The notes beneath the pieces were generated by a model, which had not been told where the DNA came from, ran no database searches, and was given only the letters and a program-made list of their open reading frames with translations. 64,000 bases of DNA from IMG/VR virus record IMGVR_UViG_3300042875_000419. One strand, given 5' to 3'. A program made the position numbers and the translations under genes. Numbering within the stretch: position 1 is the first letter of the stretch; every line of letters starts with the position of its first letter. Shown here one piece after another: positions 42,057 to 50,905 of this stretch. The DNA is from a virus. Taxonomy: Duplodnaviria; Heunggongvirae; Uroviricota; Caudoviricetes.

Positions 42057-42160
42057 AATATATTATAACATAAACCAAGTAGAATGGCAAGTGTTATTTC
42101 ACGTTTGTTGCAAAAAAACAACAGAAAAAGACGCACCAGGAACGTCCTGGAGCGCCTAGG

Positions 42161-42361
42161 TCACTTAATGCTAGCCAGAGTGTCGACCAGTCGATTCCAT
42201 TCACCAGGGTTCAGGAAAAACTCAACCTTAGACTGGATGGCATCAGGAAACTTAGCACCTTGATATTTAATCGAAAGTGTTACATGTTTTAGTTCACGAA
42301 TATCTTCAACATCGAGAAAATATTGATATTGTTGATACTGATCAGAAATTTCATATCTCAT
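42161..42361 (-). CDS. Hypothetical protein (66 aa).
   Basis: ORF. Its stop overlaps the downstream AAA+ gene start. Confidence 0.35.
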   Translation of the reverse strand: MRYEISDQYQQYQYFLDVEDIRELKHVTLSIKYQGAKFPDAIQSKVEFFLNPGEWNRLVDTLASIK

Positions 42362-43587
42362 ATAAACCCCATTTTTCTTTCTACAGGCTTTTTCATGTTT
42401 GTGTTTTGTTCAAAAAACACATCGGCAATGGACCATGATATACGTTCACGATTCAATTTAGTTCCAACTTTTGTTGCCAGCTTTTCAGCTTGTGATTGTG
42501 TCAGTTCTTCAAAGTGTATAATGTCATAGCAACGACCTGGACGAATCAGTGCAGGATCGATATCACGAACAGATGGGAGGTTTGTTGAGAAAATGAGTTT
42601 CTTGTTTCGTGTAGTCACAAGACCATCACCAACGTTTAGAAACTTGTGCATCATTGTGTTACCTTCAGCACGTGCTTTCAAGAACATATCAGCATCTTCG
42701 AGAACGAGAACGTTCTTTTCACCTTCAATAAAGTTGGCGAACACATAATCTTTTTCCAACACGTTTGAATCATAAGACACAATAGCGGATGCTTCAGAGT
42801 GTTGTAGTAGACCACGAATGAATGTAGTCTTACCAGTACCTGGTGGTCCAATCAACAACAGAATAGATGCAGATGAATGCATGAAGTTGTCATAGAATTC
42901 AGCGAGTGTTTGATCTTCAAGAAACGGATACATTTCTTCAACTGGCATACGGTCATGGCGGAGTGGAATCTCAATAGAAGAACCATCAGCGGCATAGATC
43001 CATTCGATTTGGTTCGTTACAAACTCAAAATCATTTTCGAATTGTTTTTCATACTTCTCAACAAATTCATCATCACCCACAAGTTCAACAGATACGTGTG
43101 TAGAGTGAATGTTGAAAAACAAATAAGACAAAGAATCATCATTAAAGAAATATCCGGTTCCATTTTCATATTGAAAACGGCGGAGATCCTGAATTGTGTC
43201 GATGTAATCCAACCATTCTTTTTTGGTCGCATACATGCTCAACCTAGTTTGAAAGGTTTCAAGTTGGCGTTCAGAACGCTCTTTTAAAATTTTGCTTATG
43301 AGCAGGTCCGCAATATCATTTGCACCTAAGAAAATTTCACCGTTATTATCATTCATTTGTATACCTTCATTTTTCCACCACAGTAATCTTTTTGGTGGTG
43401 TTTTGTGACCAATTCTTTTTGCTCTAAATTTAGACATATTGTTGATGCCAGCCCATATAACATGTTTTTTTCTAGTTTTCCTGGAACCACTCCGTGATTC
43501 ACCTCTTCCAATTTCAGCAAGCCATCTATCAATTCTTTTGGATACGGCAGACCTGCTTTTGTTGATTTTAAATCTCCTCCGGCGCAT
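42358..43587 (-). CDS. AAA+ family ATPase (BCS1-like core). N-terminal extent uncertain.
   Basis: Walker A LLLIGPPGTGKTTFIRGLL, Walker B VLVLEDADMFL, sensor region. Basic N-terminus. Confidence 0.6.
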   Translation of the reverse strand: MRRRRFKINKSRSAVSKRIDRWLAEIGRGESRSGSRKTRKKHVIWAGINNMSKFRAKRIGHKTPPKRLLWWKNEGIQMNDNNGEIFLGANDIADLLISKILKERSERQLETFQTRLSMYATKKEWLDYIDTIQDLRRFQYENGTGYFFNDDSLSYLFFNIHSTHVSVELVGDDEFVEKYEKQFENDFEFVTNQIEWIYAADGSSIEIPLRHDRMPVEEMYPFLEDQTLAEFYDNFMHSSASILLLIGPPGTGKTTFIRGLLQHSEASAIVSYDSNVLEKDYVFANFIEGEKNVLVLEDADMFLKARAEGNTMMHKFLNVGDGLVTTRNKKLIFSTNLPSVRDIDPALIRPGRCYDIIHFEELTQSQAEKLATKVGTKLNRERISWSIADVFFEQNTNMKKPVERKMGFI

Positions 43588-43697
43588 CTACTTCTACCAC
43601 CCATGTCGCCCAATCTTGGCGCTTAATATTGTTTGTATCAATGTGATTGTCTGTACAAAATTTCCATGCATCAAGATAGAAGTGAAAAAATTCCATT

Positions 43698-43889
43698 TTA
43701 AATTCCTTTTGCTCTGTATTCAAAGTTCCAATAAGGACGACCATCCATAGTGTACTCTATGTTACCACGCCTGTCAACAGTTTCAAGCCATCGACAGTCG
43801 TTGTTTGCCACAGTAACAGGAAACCATGCGAACCAATCGTGCCATTGCATTTTACCGGAATAGTCTTTTGGTCCGCATTTGAGTTTCAT
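43698..43889 (-). CDS. Small Trp-rich protein (63 aa), last gene of the SPFH module.
   Basis: ORF. Its start overlaps the SPFH stop (ATGA). Confidence 0.35.
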   Translation of the reverse strand: MKLKCGPKDYSGKMQWHDWFAWFPVTVANNDCRWLETVDRRGNIEYTMDGRPYWNFEYRAKGI

Positions 43890-44701
43890 TATTTACCTAC
43901 GTTCACGTTAGCGCCAGCACCAATCACCAATGTGTTACCCTTAAAGGCGGCGATACCTTGTGCTTGAATCTTAGCGGCTTCAGCAAGGGTCATACGTGTT
44001 TGAGCATCCATGTATTGAATAGCACCAGCATTTGAATTCAAAGCGGCAATACGTTCAGCTTCTTTCTTTGCAGTTTCAACTTCAACAGTCTTTTGTTTGA
44101 ATTCATTCTTTGAACGAACCAAATCGTTAGCCGATGCAACAACAGAATCAGCAGGTACAACGCTACGAATCATAACTTGGCTGATAGTGATGGGACCATC
44201 CAACTTTTCTTCTGCCAAGTTGCGAACGATTTCGTCCTTGATAAAGTTCTCCATGTCGGATCGGGCATCTGCCATGTCCAATGCTTCATACTTTCGAGCG
44301 GCTTTGTAGATAGCATTACGAGCATTTTGCACAACATAATTATACATCACATATGTATCACCCTTGAATTCAGCGTGGAAACTTTTATTCTTAGTGGAGT
44401 ACAATTCAGCAACAGTTTGTGGATTGATGTTGTAAACAACTACAGCATCAAAGTCTTTCATGGTAGAGTTGTCTTTAGCCACTGGAGTCATATTCTCCAA
44501 GACCACGTTCACATCCTTAACGGGGAATGTAAGTACATTACCAATCAAAGTTTGGTTGAAAGAACCTGGAAGCAATTCACCAGATTGAACTTGTTTATCA
44601 AAGCCAACACGAACACCAACCTCACCCGTTTCAATACGGGTACATGCGGCAGTCATAGCAACAGCGGCGGCGATAACAGAAATTTTCAGAAAGCGAGACA
44701 T
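43889..44701 (-). CDS. SPFH/Band-7 (prohibitin/HflK-like) domain protein with signal or lipoprotein-like N-terminus (270 aa).
   Basis: N-terminal hydrophobic segment ending ...AMTAAC. EVGVRVGFDKQVQSGELLPGSFNQTLIGNVLTFPVKD matches the start of the SPFH domain. C-terminal coiled-coil-like region. Confidence 0.55.
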   Translation of the reverse strand: MSRFLKISVIAAAVAMTAACTRIETGEVGVRVGFDKQVQSGELLPGSFNQTLIGNVLTFPVKDVNVVLENMTPVAKDNSTMKDFDAVVVYNINPQTVAELYSTKNKSFHAEFKGDTYVMYNYVVQNARNAIYKAARKYEALDMADARSDMENFIKDEIVRNLAEEKLDGPITISQVMIRSVVPADSVVASANDLVRSKNEFKQKTVEVETAKKEAERIAALNSNAGAIQYMDAQTRMTLAEAAKIQAQGIAAFKGNTLVIGAGANVNVGK

Positions 44702-44710
44702 AATAATCCT

Positions 44711-44887
44711 TTAAAAGAGAACAACAATAGAAGCAAGGAACACAACAGTGATTATAGCACAGACCATGCTATATGCAAATAGTTTTGTTAGAACCCACTT
44801 TTCTTTACCACTTAGTTGGGTGAACACTTTGATTCCGAAAAAGAAAATCAAAAAGACCACAATGAATGCAAAAATAATACGAATCAT
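44711..44887 (-). CDS. Two-TM small membrane peptide (58 aa), not in the ORF track. ATGA overlap with the upstream gene.
   Basis: Hand translation MIRIIFAFIVVFLIFFFGIKVFTQLSGKEKWVLTKLFAYSMVCAIITVVFLASIVVLF. Immediately upstream of the SPFH gene. Confidence 0.4.
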   Translation of the reverse strand: MIRIIFAFIVVFLIFFFGIKVFTQLSGKEKWVLTKLFAYSMVCAIITVVFLASIVVLF

Positions 44888-45495
44888 TTAGGGAAACTCC
44901 ATCCTTTGGCAGTGTATTTTTCAATACGTTTATGTGAAAGTGCAAATGCATTTTTATGCGGATTCTTAATCAATTGTTTGTTTAGAATTGCATTGTATTG
45001 CTTCTTCGAAATGTAAAGTGTGTGGCTTGAAATTTTATACCACGGCATACAATGCACAAAATCAAATGTGCTTCGTGAATCAGCAGTAGCAAGTGTAATC
45101 ACTTGAAGGCCATTTTTAAATGTGGTGGCATTTGCAGTCACCAATTTACCTTCGACCTGCACTTCAACATATTTTTCATCGGCGTCCTGAATAAAATCTT
45201 TATTCATGTCATTGACATATTGTTTGAAGAACATTATGTCATTTTTGTCCTGTAGATACAAATCATAGTCTTTAGGTGGTTCATCATGCATGAGTGAAGA
45301 AATTGCACCACCCGTGAGAATTGCTTTGTCACGTAGAAAGCCACTCAATTCACTTGGAAGTCCAGAAAACAATAAATTTAATTTTGCAAACAAAACCTTT
45401 TTGATATGATTCATGTGGTCTATATCAATATCTTTATATGTGAAATTGATATCGGTATATGGGTCAATACCCCAATTAGGAGTATTGATTGCCAT
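44884..45495 (-). CDS. Minimal nucleotidyltransferase-fold protein (203 aa).
   Basis: LTGGAISS-x13-DYDLYL fits the G[GS]-x(9-13)-DxD pol-beta-type NTase signature. Confidence 0.4.
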   Translation of the reverse strand: MAINTPNWGIDPYTDINFTYKDIDIDHMNHIKKVLFAKLNLLFSGLPSELSGFLRDKAILTGGAISSLMHDEPPKDYDLYLQDKNDIMFFKQYVNDMNKDFIQDADEKYVEVQVEGKLVTANATTFKNGLQVITLATADSRSTFDFVHCMPWYKISSHTLYISKKQYNAILNKQLIKNPHKNAFALSHKRIEKYTAKGWSFPK

Positions 45496-45875
45496 TACAC
45501 AGTCTCAGCAACTTGTTCGGTTACTTGTACGGCAACTTGTGCGGTTTTAGTTTTACCGATATAACGACCTTCAGGAGAGAATTCGTCAAAGTTTACCAAC
45601 TGATATGCAGTCACTTTTCGACCATCTTTGTAAACACGGACAATTCCACCATCTTTGCGGATGTTGTAGATGTTTGTGGAGAGGCGATAGAGAACACCTT
45701 CTTGGTCACTGCCTTTGAAGCAAGCCTCAATCTCAGCGGGAGAGACAGGCTTGCCAGAGAGCATAACGCAAGCAATTTTTTCGTGACGGTTGATTTTAGT
45801 GGTAGTACGCATAATATATCCTTTGAGAAAAAGTTTACCAGATTCAATTGTAACAGAGTGACAGTCTGGTGGCAA
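45495..45875 (-). CDS. Hypothetical protein (126 aa), translationally coupled (TAATG) to the NTase gene.
   Basis: ORF only. Confidence 0.4.
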   Translation of the reverse strand: MPPDCHSVTIESGKLFLKGYIMRTTTKINRHEKIACVMLSGKPVSPAEIEACFKGSDQEGVLYRLSTNIYNIRKDGGIVRVYKDGRKVTAYQLVNFDEFSPEGRYIGKTKTAQVAVQVTEQVAETV

Positions 45876-45901
45876 CCACTCTGTTGGAAAAATACCACAG
45901 T

Positions 45902-47065
45902 TTAGAATGGCACTTCATCATCAGGTGAGGTCGGCATCACAGGTGCAGTGTTTGCCTCCGCCACTTTGATATCAACTTTCGAGTACAGGTCAAGGAACGA
46001 ATCTTTGGTTTCTTGGTCAAAACGATTCACACAGAGTTGAATTGCCTTCGAACGGTCTTTGAAGATTGAATAAGTCTTTGCAATGTGTACCAAACGGCGA
46101 GTGGAGACAATCTCATCAACACCACCTTCGGCGAATGTTTTACGAATAACGTCAGCCCACTTCACAAGGTTCTCGGCAAACTCATCATCATTCAACAATG
46201 GTTTGAGAATCTTGAGTTCAACCTTGGCTTCAGGATATTCCTGTTCAACGGTGATGTTGAAACGCTCAAGGAACGCATCATCAAGAATCTGTGACAGGTA
46301 ACGACCCTCTTCAGAGCCACGGCCTTTGGTGTTAGCAGTTGCAACAACGTTGAAGCCACGTTTTGGATAGATGTATTCACCAGACTTTTTGTTGAAGTAA
46401 GGTTTGCCTTCAAGAATACCTTGAAGGCACATCAGTTTGTTTGAACCACGGTCAACTTCGTCAATCAAGAGAATTGCACCACGTTTCATGGCAGTCATCA
46501 CAGGACCATCACGGTACACCACGTTACCATCGATAAGTGTTGGACCACCAATCAGGTCAGATTCATCAGTCTCAACGGAGATGTTCACACGGATACATTC
46601 ACGTTTGAGTGTGGCACACACTTGTTCAACCATGAGTGTCTTACCATTACCAGACATACCAGTAATGAACACAGGGAAGAATTCCTGTGAGAGTACAATG
46701 GAGGTCAGGTCTTTGTAGAAACCAAAGGGGACATAGCCTTGGTATTTTTCAGGGATAGAAGTATCTGCATGGTCTTCAAGTTTCTTTTGACGGAGAACAT
46801 GGACAGTGGCAGTTTGTGTCAATTCGACAACGGCAGGTTCTTCAACTGCAACATCACATGACACGGCGTTTGGTGCATTAGGAAGAAGGTATTGGCCACG
46901 ACCAGAACGAAACTCTTGGCGAGTGACAAACCAGAAGGGATAAGGAACAGACCGTTCATCAACGACACGTTGAATTTGGTCACGGCTCAAAATTGCATTC
47001 TCACCGAAAATCTCAGATGCGGCTTGGACGAATGCTTTTGCATTACGATTCATAAAGTTCTCCAT
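45902..47065 (-). CDS. cobS: CobS-like / MoxR-type AAA+ ATPase (387 aa).
   Basis: Walker A ITGMSGNGKTLMVEQVC, Walker B ILLIDEVDRG, and a MoxR/CobS-like arrangement. A common gene of T4-like cyanophages and pelagiphages. Confidence 0.6.
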   Translation of the reverse strand: MENFMNRNAKAFVQAASEIFGENAILSRDQIQRVVDERSVPYPFWFVTRQEFRSGRGQYLLPNAPNAVSCDVAVEEPAVVELTQTATVHVLRQKKLEDHADTSIPEKYQGYVPFGFYKDLTSIVLSQEFFPVFITGMSGNGKTLMVEQVCATLKRECIRVNISVETDESDLIGGPTLIDGNVVYRDGPVMTAMKRGAILLIDEVDRGSNKLMCLQGILEGKPYFNKKSGEYIYPKRGFNVVATANTKGRGSEEGRYLSQILDDAFLERFNITVEQEYPEAKVELKILKPLLNDDEFAENLVKWADVIRKTFAEGGVDEIVSTRRLVHIAKTYSIFKDRSKAIQLCVNRFDQETKDSFLDLYSKVDIKVAEANTAPVMPTSPDDEVPF

Positions 47066-47079
47066 AACAAGGTGTTTCT

Positions 47080-47108
47080 ATTATATCACAGTTTTTGCCA
47101 GATGGCAA
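47080..47108 (-). promoter_or_regulatory. Sigma70-type promoter TTGCCA-N17-TATAAT driving cobS (minus strand).
   Basis: Reverse complement reads TTGCCATCTGGCAAAAACTGTGATATAAT, about 15 nt upstream of RBS GGAGAAC and the ATG at 47065. Confidence 0.55.
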
Positions 47109-47216
47109 CCATTTTTTGGTAGACATGTTGCATGGAGACAACAATCATGTACCAGTTTATATCCATATTAACCTCTTTCCATTCTTGTTTGTTGCATAAG
47201 TAGGTATGTCCATCCT

Positions 47217-47468
47217 TCAAAGAAGGTTCACCTGTATATCCACCTTAGTGGCCACCATCTTTTCATCATAGTAGGTGTATGTGGTACCAAAACCACTAAC
47301 GTTTTCTCTTGCACAGGTTGCCAATGCATTCCATACTGCAACCCTCTGTGTGGTGAACACAAATTTATCTTCAAGGTCTTTCACCTTCATAATGAAGCCA
47401 ACACCATTCACGATAGCACGGAACTTCTGAGTGTTATTCAGACCCCAAATCAGTTGTTTTGTACGCAT
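47217..47468 (-). CDS. Hypothetical protein (83 aa).
   Basis: ORF downstream of the left terminator-promoter cassette. Confidence 0.4.
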   Translation of the reverse strand: MRTKQLIWGLNNTQKFRAIVNGVGFIMKVKDLEDKFVFTTQRVAVWNALATCARENVSGFGTTYTYYDEKMVATKVDIQVNLL

Positions 47469-47493
47469 TACATGCCTTTCACATTGAATAAGA

Positions 47494-47558
47494 CTCTATT
47501 ATACCAGAAACCAAAAAAAAGGCAACCATAAAGATTGCCTTTGTTGTTTTGGTACAAC
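47494..47558 (-). repeat. Terminator-promoter cassette, left copy. A hairpin (aaaggcaa/ttgccttt stem) is flanked by A and T runs. On the minus strand the 3' half of the stem (TTGCCT) serves as the -35, with a 16-nt T-rich spacer and a TATAAT -10.
   Basis: ctctattataccagaaaccaaaaaaaaggcaaccataaagattgcctttgttgttttggtacaaca. About 85% identical to the copy at 48968-49036. Confidence 0.6.
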
Positions 47559-47560
47559 AC

Positions 47561-48946
47561 TTAGACCAGAACTTCTCCGAGTGTCATTTTACTACCTTTT
47601 TTAAGATTGGCAGACTTCGCAACCAATTGGCAGTTATTTGTACCATCGGTACCTTTGGATGGACCACCAAAGGTGTGTGGAACAATGTGGTCTGCCGCCC
47701 ATTTTTCATGGTCGTTAATTTCCTCCTCTGGAATATGTTCACCAGTTATTGGACATACACCAGCTTGGCGTGCCCATGCTTCATACCTTTGTTGTGGTGT
47801 GAAAAGGCGTTCAGAGTCCCGTTGTGCTACGATACCGCTTTCAATAATTTCAAAGTCTTCCATAATGGCTTTATAACGTGCCGTTAATTCTAACTTTGAC
47901 ATTGTATTGCAACATGATGCATATGTACGGAGTTCACCTGATTTTGGAGATTCTACCAGAATCTTTTTACTTCCAAGGCGGCGATTCTCTGTACGCATAA
48001 ACCATTGAAATAGTTTTGCGTCATCGATAATACCAAAATTGTTTTTACGGAGATAATCAATCACCATATAGAAATTCAACATTGTCGAATGGTCTTTAAA
48101 TCCAGTTGTTGCATGTTTCTTGACAATCTTGCACATCGAATCAATACTAGAACTTGCATTCTTAGTTTGTTTTGATACAACAGAATCATCTTCATATGCA
48201 TTATCTTTATCAGATTTTGCAACACCATGTTCAGCACCAAAAGAAGAATAGATGGCAAGACCAACAACAAAATCGTCAATCAATCGGCGCTTCTCTTGTT
48301 TTTCCGTGGTAAATACTTTACGGAATTCATTCTTATGTTTCTTTACAGTGTCACGCACCCAACCAGCAAATGGCACCAAACGTGCATTACGTAATTCTTG
48401 TGCATTCAGTGAAACACCATCATTCACGTTAATGAAAATATTGGACAAATCATTACGTGTGGCAGAAACATACTCAGCAACAGTAATCTCGACACTACTT
48501 TCAATAAAATCTAAAAGAATTTTTGGATGCTTTTTGTATGTGTCATTCTTATCATTGATATCAACGACACCATTGGGCAATGGATATTGACCATGCTTTA
48601 ATTTAACAGAACCATTCAGATATTGGTCGATTGTGATAGTACGGTTATTTCCGTCAATGGAAATCCATTCAAAACCTTTTTGAAGCCAATCATTGTAGTA
48701 TTCATAATCTTTTGATTCTACCATGCATTTGTCCATACACTCTTTGATATTAGCAACAACAATTTTTGATGGTGCCATACCAGTAATAAGTGAGGTCATA
48801 TATGCTGTGGCTTGTTTTTCTTCCCATCGACTTTCAGATTGAAAAGATGTATCAAGAGCAACTCTTTCCCTAAAATACCGCATATTGGTGGAAATAAGTT
48901 TCATTGTACGATTCAACGCTACTGTTACACTATGTTGTTTTGCCAT
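47561..48946 (-). CDS. DUF262 (ParB-like nuclease, DGQQR-type) plus C-terminal HNH/DUF1524 His-Me finger: GmrSD-like nuclease. Start taken at Met 48946.
   Basis: N-terminal ISIDGNNRTITI (DGQQR-like). C-terminal DHIVPHTFGGPSKGTDGTNNCQLVAKSANLKKGSK (H-N-H). The track ORF start at 49000 would overlap the right repeat, so the internal MAKQ start is preferred. Confidence 0.65.
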   Translation of the reverse strand: MAKQHSVTVALNRTMKLISTNMRYFRERVALDTSFQSESRWEEKQATAYMTSLITGMAPSKIVVANIKECMDKCMVESKDYEYYNDWLQKGFEWISIDGNNRTITIDQYLNGSVKLKHGQYPLPNGVVDINDKNDTYKKHPKILLDFIESSVEITVAEYVSATRNDLSNIFINVNDGVSLNAQELRNARLVPFAGWVRDTVKKHKNEFRKVFTTEKQEKRRLIDDFVVGLAIYSSFGAEHGVAKSDKDNAYEDDSVVSKQTKNASSSIDSMCKIVKKHATTGFKDHSTMLNFYMVIDYLRKNNFGIIDDAKLFQWFMRTENRRLGSKKILVESPKSGELRTYASCCNTMSKLELTARYKAIMEDFEIIESGIVAQRDSERLFTPQQRYEAWARQAGVCPITGEHIPEEEINDHEKWAADHIVPHTFGGPSKGTDGTNNCQLVAKSANLKKGSKMTLGEVLV

Positions 48947-48967
48947 TTTAGGTCCAATTATTGAAAA

Positions 48968-49036
48968 CTCTATTATATACCATATATAAAAAAAAGGCAA
49001 CCATAAAGATTGCCTTTTGTTGTTTTTTTACAACAT
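48968..49036 (-). repeat. Terminator-promoter cassette, right copy. Same hairpin; -35 TTGCCT, 17-nt spacer, TATAAT. Drives the DUF262-HNH gene.
   Basis: ctctattatataccatatataaaaaaaaggcaaccataaagattgccttttgttgtttttttacaaca. Confidence 0.6.
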
Positions 49037-49037
49037 T

Positions 49038-49238
49038 TCACCAATGCTCATCGGAACAACCAATCACGTATTGATAAACACTCAGCCGACCTTCCGCACC
49101 AGTTTGGTACACCTCATTAGGTGTTTTACCATCAAATGCCTTGTTTGGTGAATCCCACCATCCATCAACCAGTTCGGAACGGCCTAGCATGGCATGAAGG
49201 TGTCGATTGATATCAGATTTTACGATTGGCTCTTTCAT
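49038..49238 (-). CDS. Hypothetical protein (66 aa).
   Basis: ORF ending just before the right cassette. Confidence 0.4.
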   Translation of the reverse strand: MKEPIVKSDINRHLHAMLGRSELVDGWWDSPNKAFDGKTPNEVYQTGAEGRLSVYQYVIGCSDEHW

Positions 49239-49445
49239 TTAACCACCATAATAATCAATAATAACATCCAGTGCTTCAAGTAATTGTGTATTGTACACAA
49301 CATCCTCTGGATGCAACCATTCACCCTTCCTGTGGCGTTTCAATTCCTTTTTAAGGTATTTTCTGTGGTCTTTGAGTGCCAACAAAGTAATACGGTCAGC
49401 CGTTTCACAATCAATTTCAAGTTTTTCTGTCATTATGTTCTCCAA
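49239..49445 (-). CDS. Hypothetical protein (68 aa).
   Basis: ORF only. Confidence 0.4.
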   Translation of the reverse strand: MENIMTEKLEIDCETADRITLLALKDHRKYLKKELKRHRKGEWLHPEDVVYNTQLLEALDVIIDYYGG

Positions 49446-49906
49446 ATTTCATTAAAGCCTTCTTCCAATGTGGGTTCTTCCCACCTATCAATCATAGATT
49501 GTAGTACCTCCGATGGTATCACTTTTCCAGGTCGGCTGGCAAGCCTTTTCTGGAGTTCTTCCGGCTCTGGGATCCGAAAAACCACAGCAATCGCATAATA
49601 TTCCGGGAGCATTCGGAATTTCTTCGCCCTTGTGGCAATAGTGGTAGAGGTTTGGTCCCAGATAATGTCCTTTCCCACATCACGTGCGGCATTCACGGCA
49701 CCTGCCATCCTTGTAACGGCTACGGGCATGTATTCTTCAAACACTTCGGTATAGGTTTTACCAACACTTTCAGCCCATTCTTCCACATACTTGTCGGTGG
49801 AAATGTACGCACAATCTTTCATCCAAAACTCTTGGTTCTTCACCCAAGTGGACTTTCCAGAACCTGGTACACCGACCAGCATGTATAGTTTAGGTTTTTT
49901 GTTCAT
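49433..49906 (-). CDS. P-loop nucleotide/nucleoside kinase-like protein (AAA_33-like, 157 aa).
   Basis: Walker A MLVGVPGSGKST. Small size and no Walker B DExx motif, which is typical of kinases. Confidence 0.5.
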   Translation of the reverse strand: MNKKPKLYMLVGVPGSGKSTWVKNQEFWMKDCAYISTDKYVEEWAESVGKTYTEVFEEYMPVAVTRMAGAVNAARDVGKDIIWDQTSTTIATRAKKFRMLPEYYAIAVVFRIPEPEELQKRLASRPGKVIPSEVLQSMIDRWEEPTLEEGFNEIWRT

Positions 49907-50244
49907 CTTGATATACTCAGTTCAGCATCAGGATTATCGAAACATGCATTACGATACTTGTATACAAAATTCTGAAGACCATCATATGAACCCCAACCAT
50001 TCTCAGGGTTAAAGGTCTTAAAATGTTCCGGGTCAGATAGCAGAATATTCCATCCTTCATCCAGGAGTTCGGATATATCTTTCGCAAACTTCAAGGAGTG
50101 CTCATCAGGTCGCCACATCACATCATACAGTGACAGGCCATTTGAGAGTTTAACCTCTCCGGCCATTTTACCTAGATTGTGTGTGATATTATTGTAATAA
50201 ATCGACACCGGTTGCACCACCATCAAATTTACATCAAGGCTCAT
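49903..50244 (-). CDS. Hypothetical protein (113 aa).
   Basis: ORF with overlapping junctions. Confidence 0.4.
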   Translation of the reverse strand: MSLDVNLMVVQPVSIYYNNITHNLGKMAGEVKLSNGLSLYDVMWRPDEHSLKFAKDISELLDEGWNILLSDPEHFKTFNPENGWGSYDGLQNFVYKYRNACFDNPDAELSISR

Positions 50245-50678
50245 TTATATTCTCTTTTCATATAAGAATCACGAATCGCTCTTGCATCATGAAGTGCATT
50301 ATGTGGCACCAATGATTCATACTCAATACTAAAGTTGAGTTCAAACTTAATATTCGTTGGCATTACAATTCTCTCACCGGGACCTGTAATCATTGCTTCA
50401 CAGAAATATCGAATATCATCTGGCCAATCTGCAACGATTATGATTTCGTCATATTCAATATTCAGGAGGTACCTTGAGAATGAGAGTTGAAACTCTTGCC
50501 GAGTAACCGGAGGCTGAAAAAGGTGAGGCACCACATTCTCGCGCACCCATGGGTCCAGCTGGTCATTCATCTCCAGTTCCACATAGAATTCGGGTTTAGA
50601 ATCATTCTCTGGCACCAGAGCCATCGACATTAGTTTACCACCAAAGCCATTAAATTCAGTATCAAGAAAAAATCTCAT
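50241..50678 (-). CDS. Hypothetical protein (145 aa).
   Basis: ORF with overlapping junctions. Confidence 0.4.
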   Translation of the reverse strand: MRFFLDTEFNGFGGKLMSMALVPENDSKPEFYVELEMNDQLDPWVRENVVPHLFQPPVTRQEFQLSFSRYLLNIEYDEIIIVADWPDDIRYFCEAMITGPGERIVMPTNIKFELNFSIEYESLVPHNALHDARAIRDSYMKREYK

Positions 50679-50905
50679 TTATAATCCTTACCAAAAATCT
50701 TGTGAATACACATCTTGTTACCAACACCATCCTCACGGTCGGCAATCGTATTCATATCAAACTCCGATGGATAATGACGGAGCAGTGACTTTGCATCCCT
50801 CCGAACGGATAGAGGCACACGTGGTGTTTTCTTTGGATCAAGTAGTGAGATAAGAAACTTTTCAGTTCGAATCACCGCACTAGTACGTTCTACAGGTACA
50901 GTCAT
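50675..50905 (-). CDS. Hypothetical protein (76 aa).
   Basis: ORF with overlapping junctions. Confidence 0.35.
   Translation of the reverse strand: MTVPVERTSAVIRTEKFLISLLDPKKTPRVPLSVRRDAKSLLRHYPSEFDMNTIADREDGVGNKMCIHKIFGKDYK

Noticed and set aside
43353-43613. Minus ORF (86 aa) overlapping the N-terminal region of the AAA+ gene in another frame.
   Set aside because: Same-strand out-of-frame overlap with a gene that has clear Walker motifs. Most likely a frame shadow. The AAA+ start is itself uncertain, so this is only a tentative rejection.
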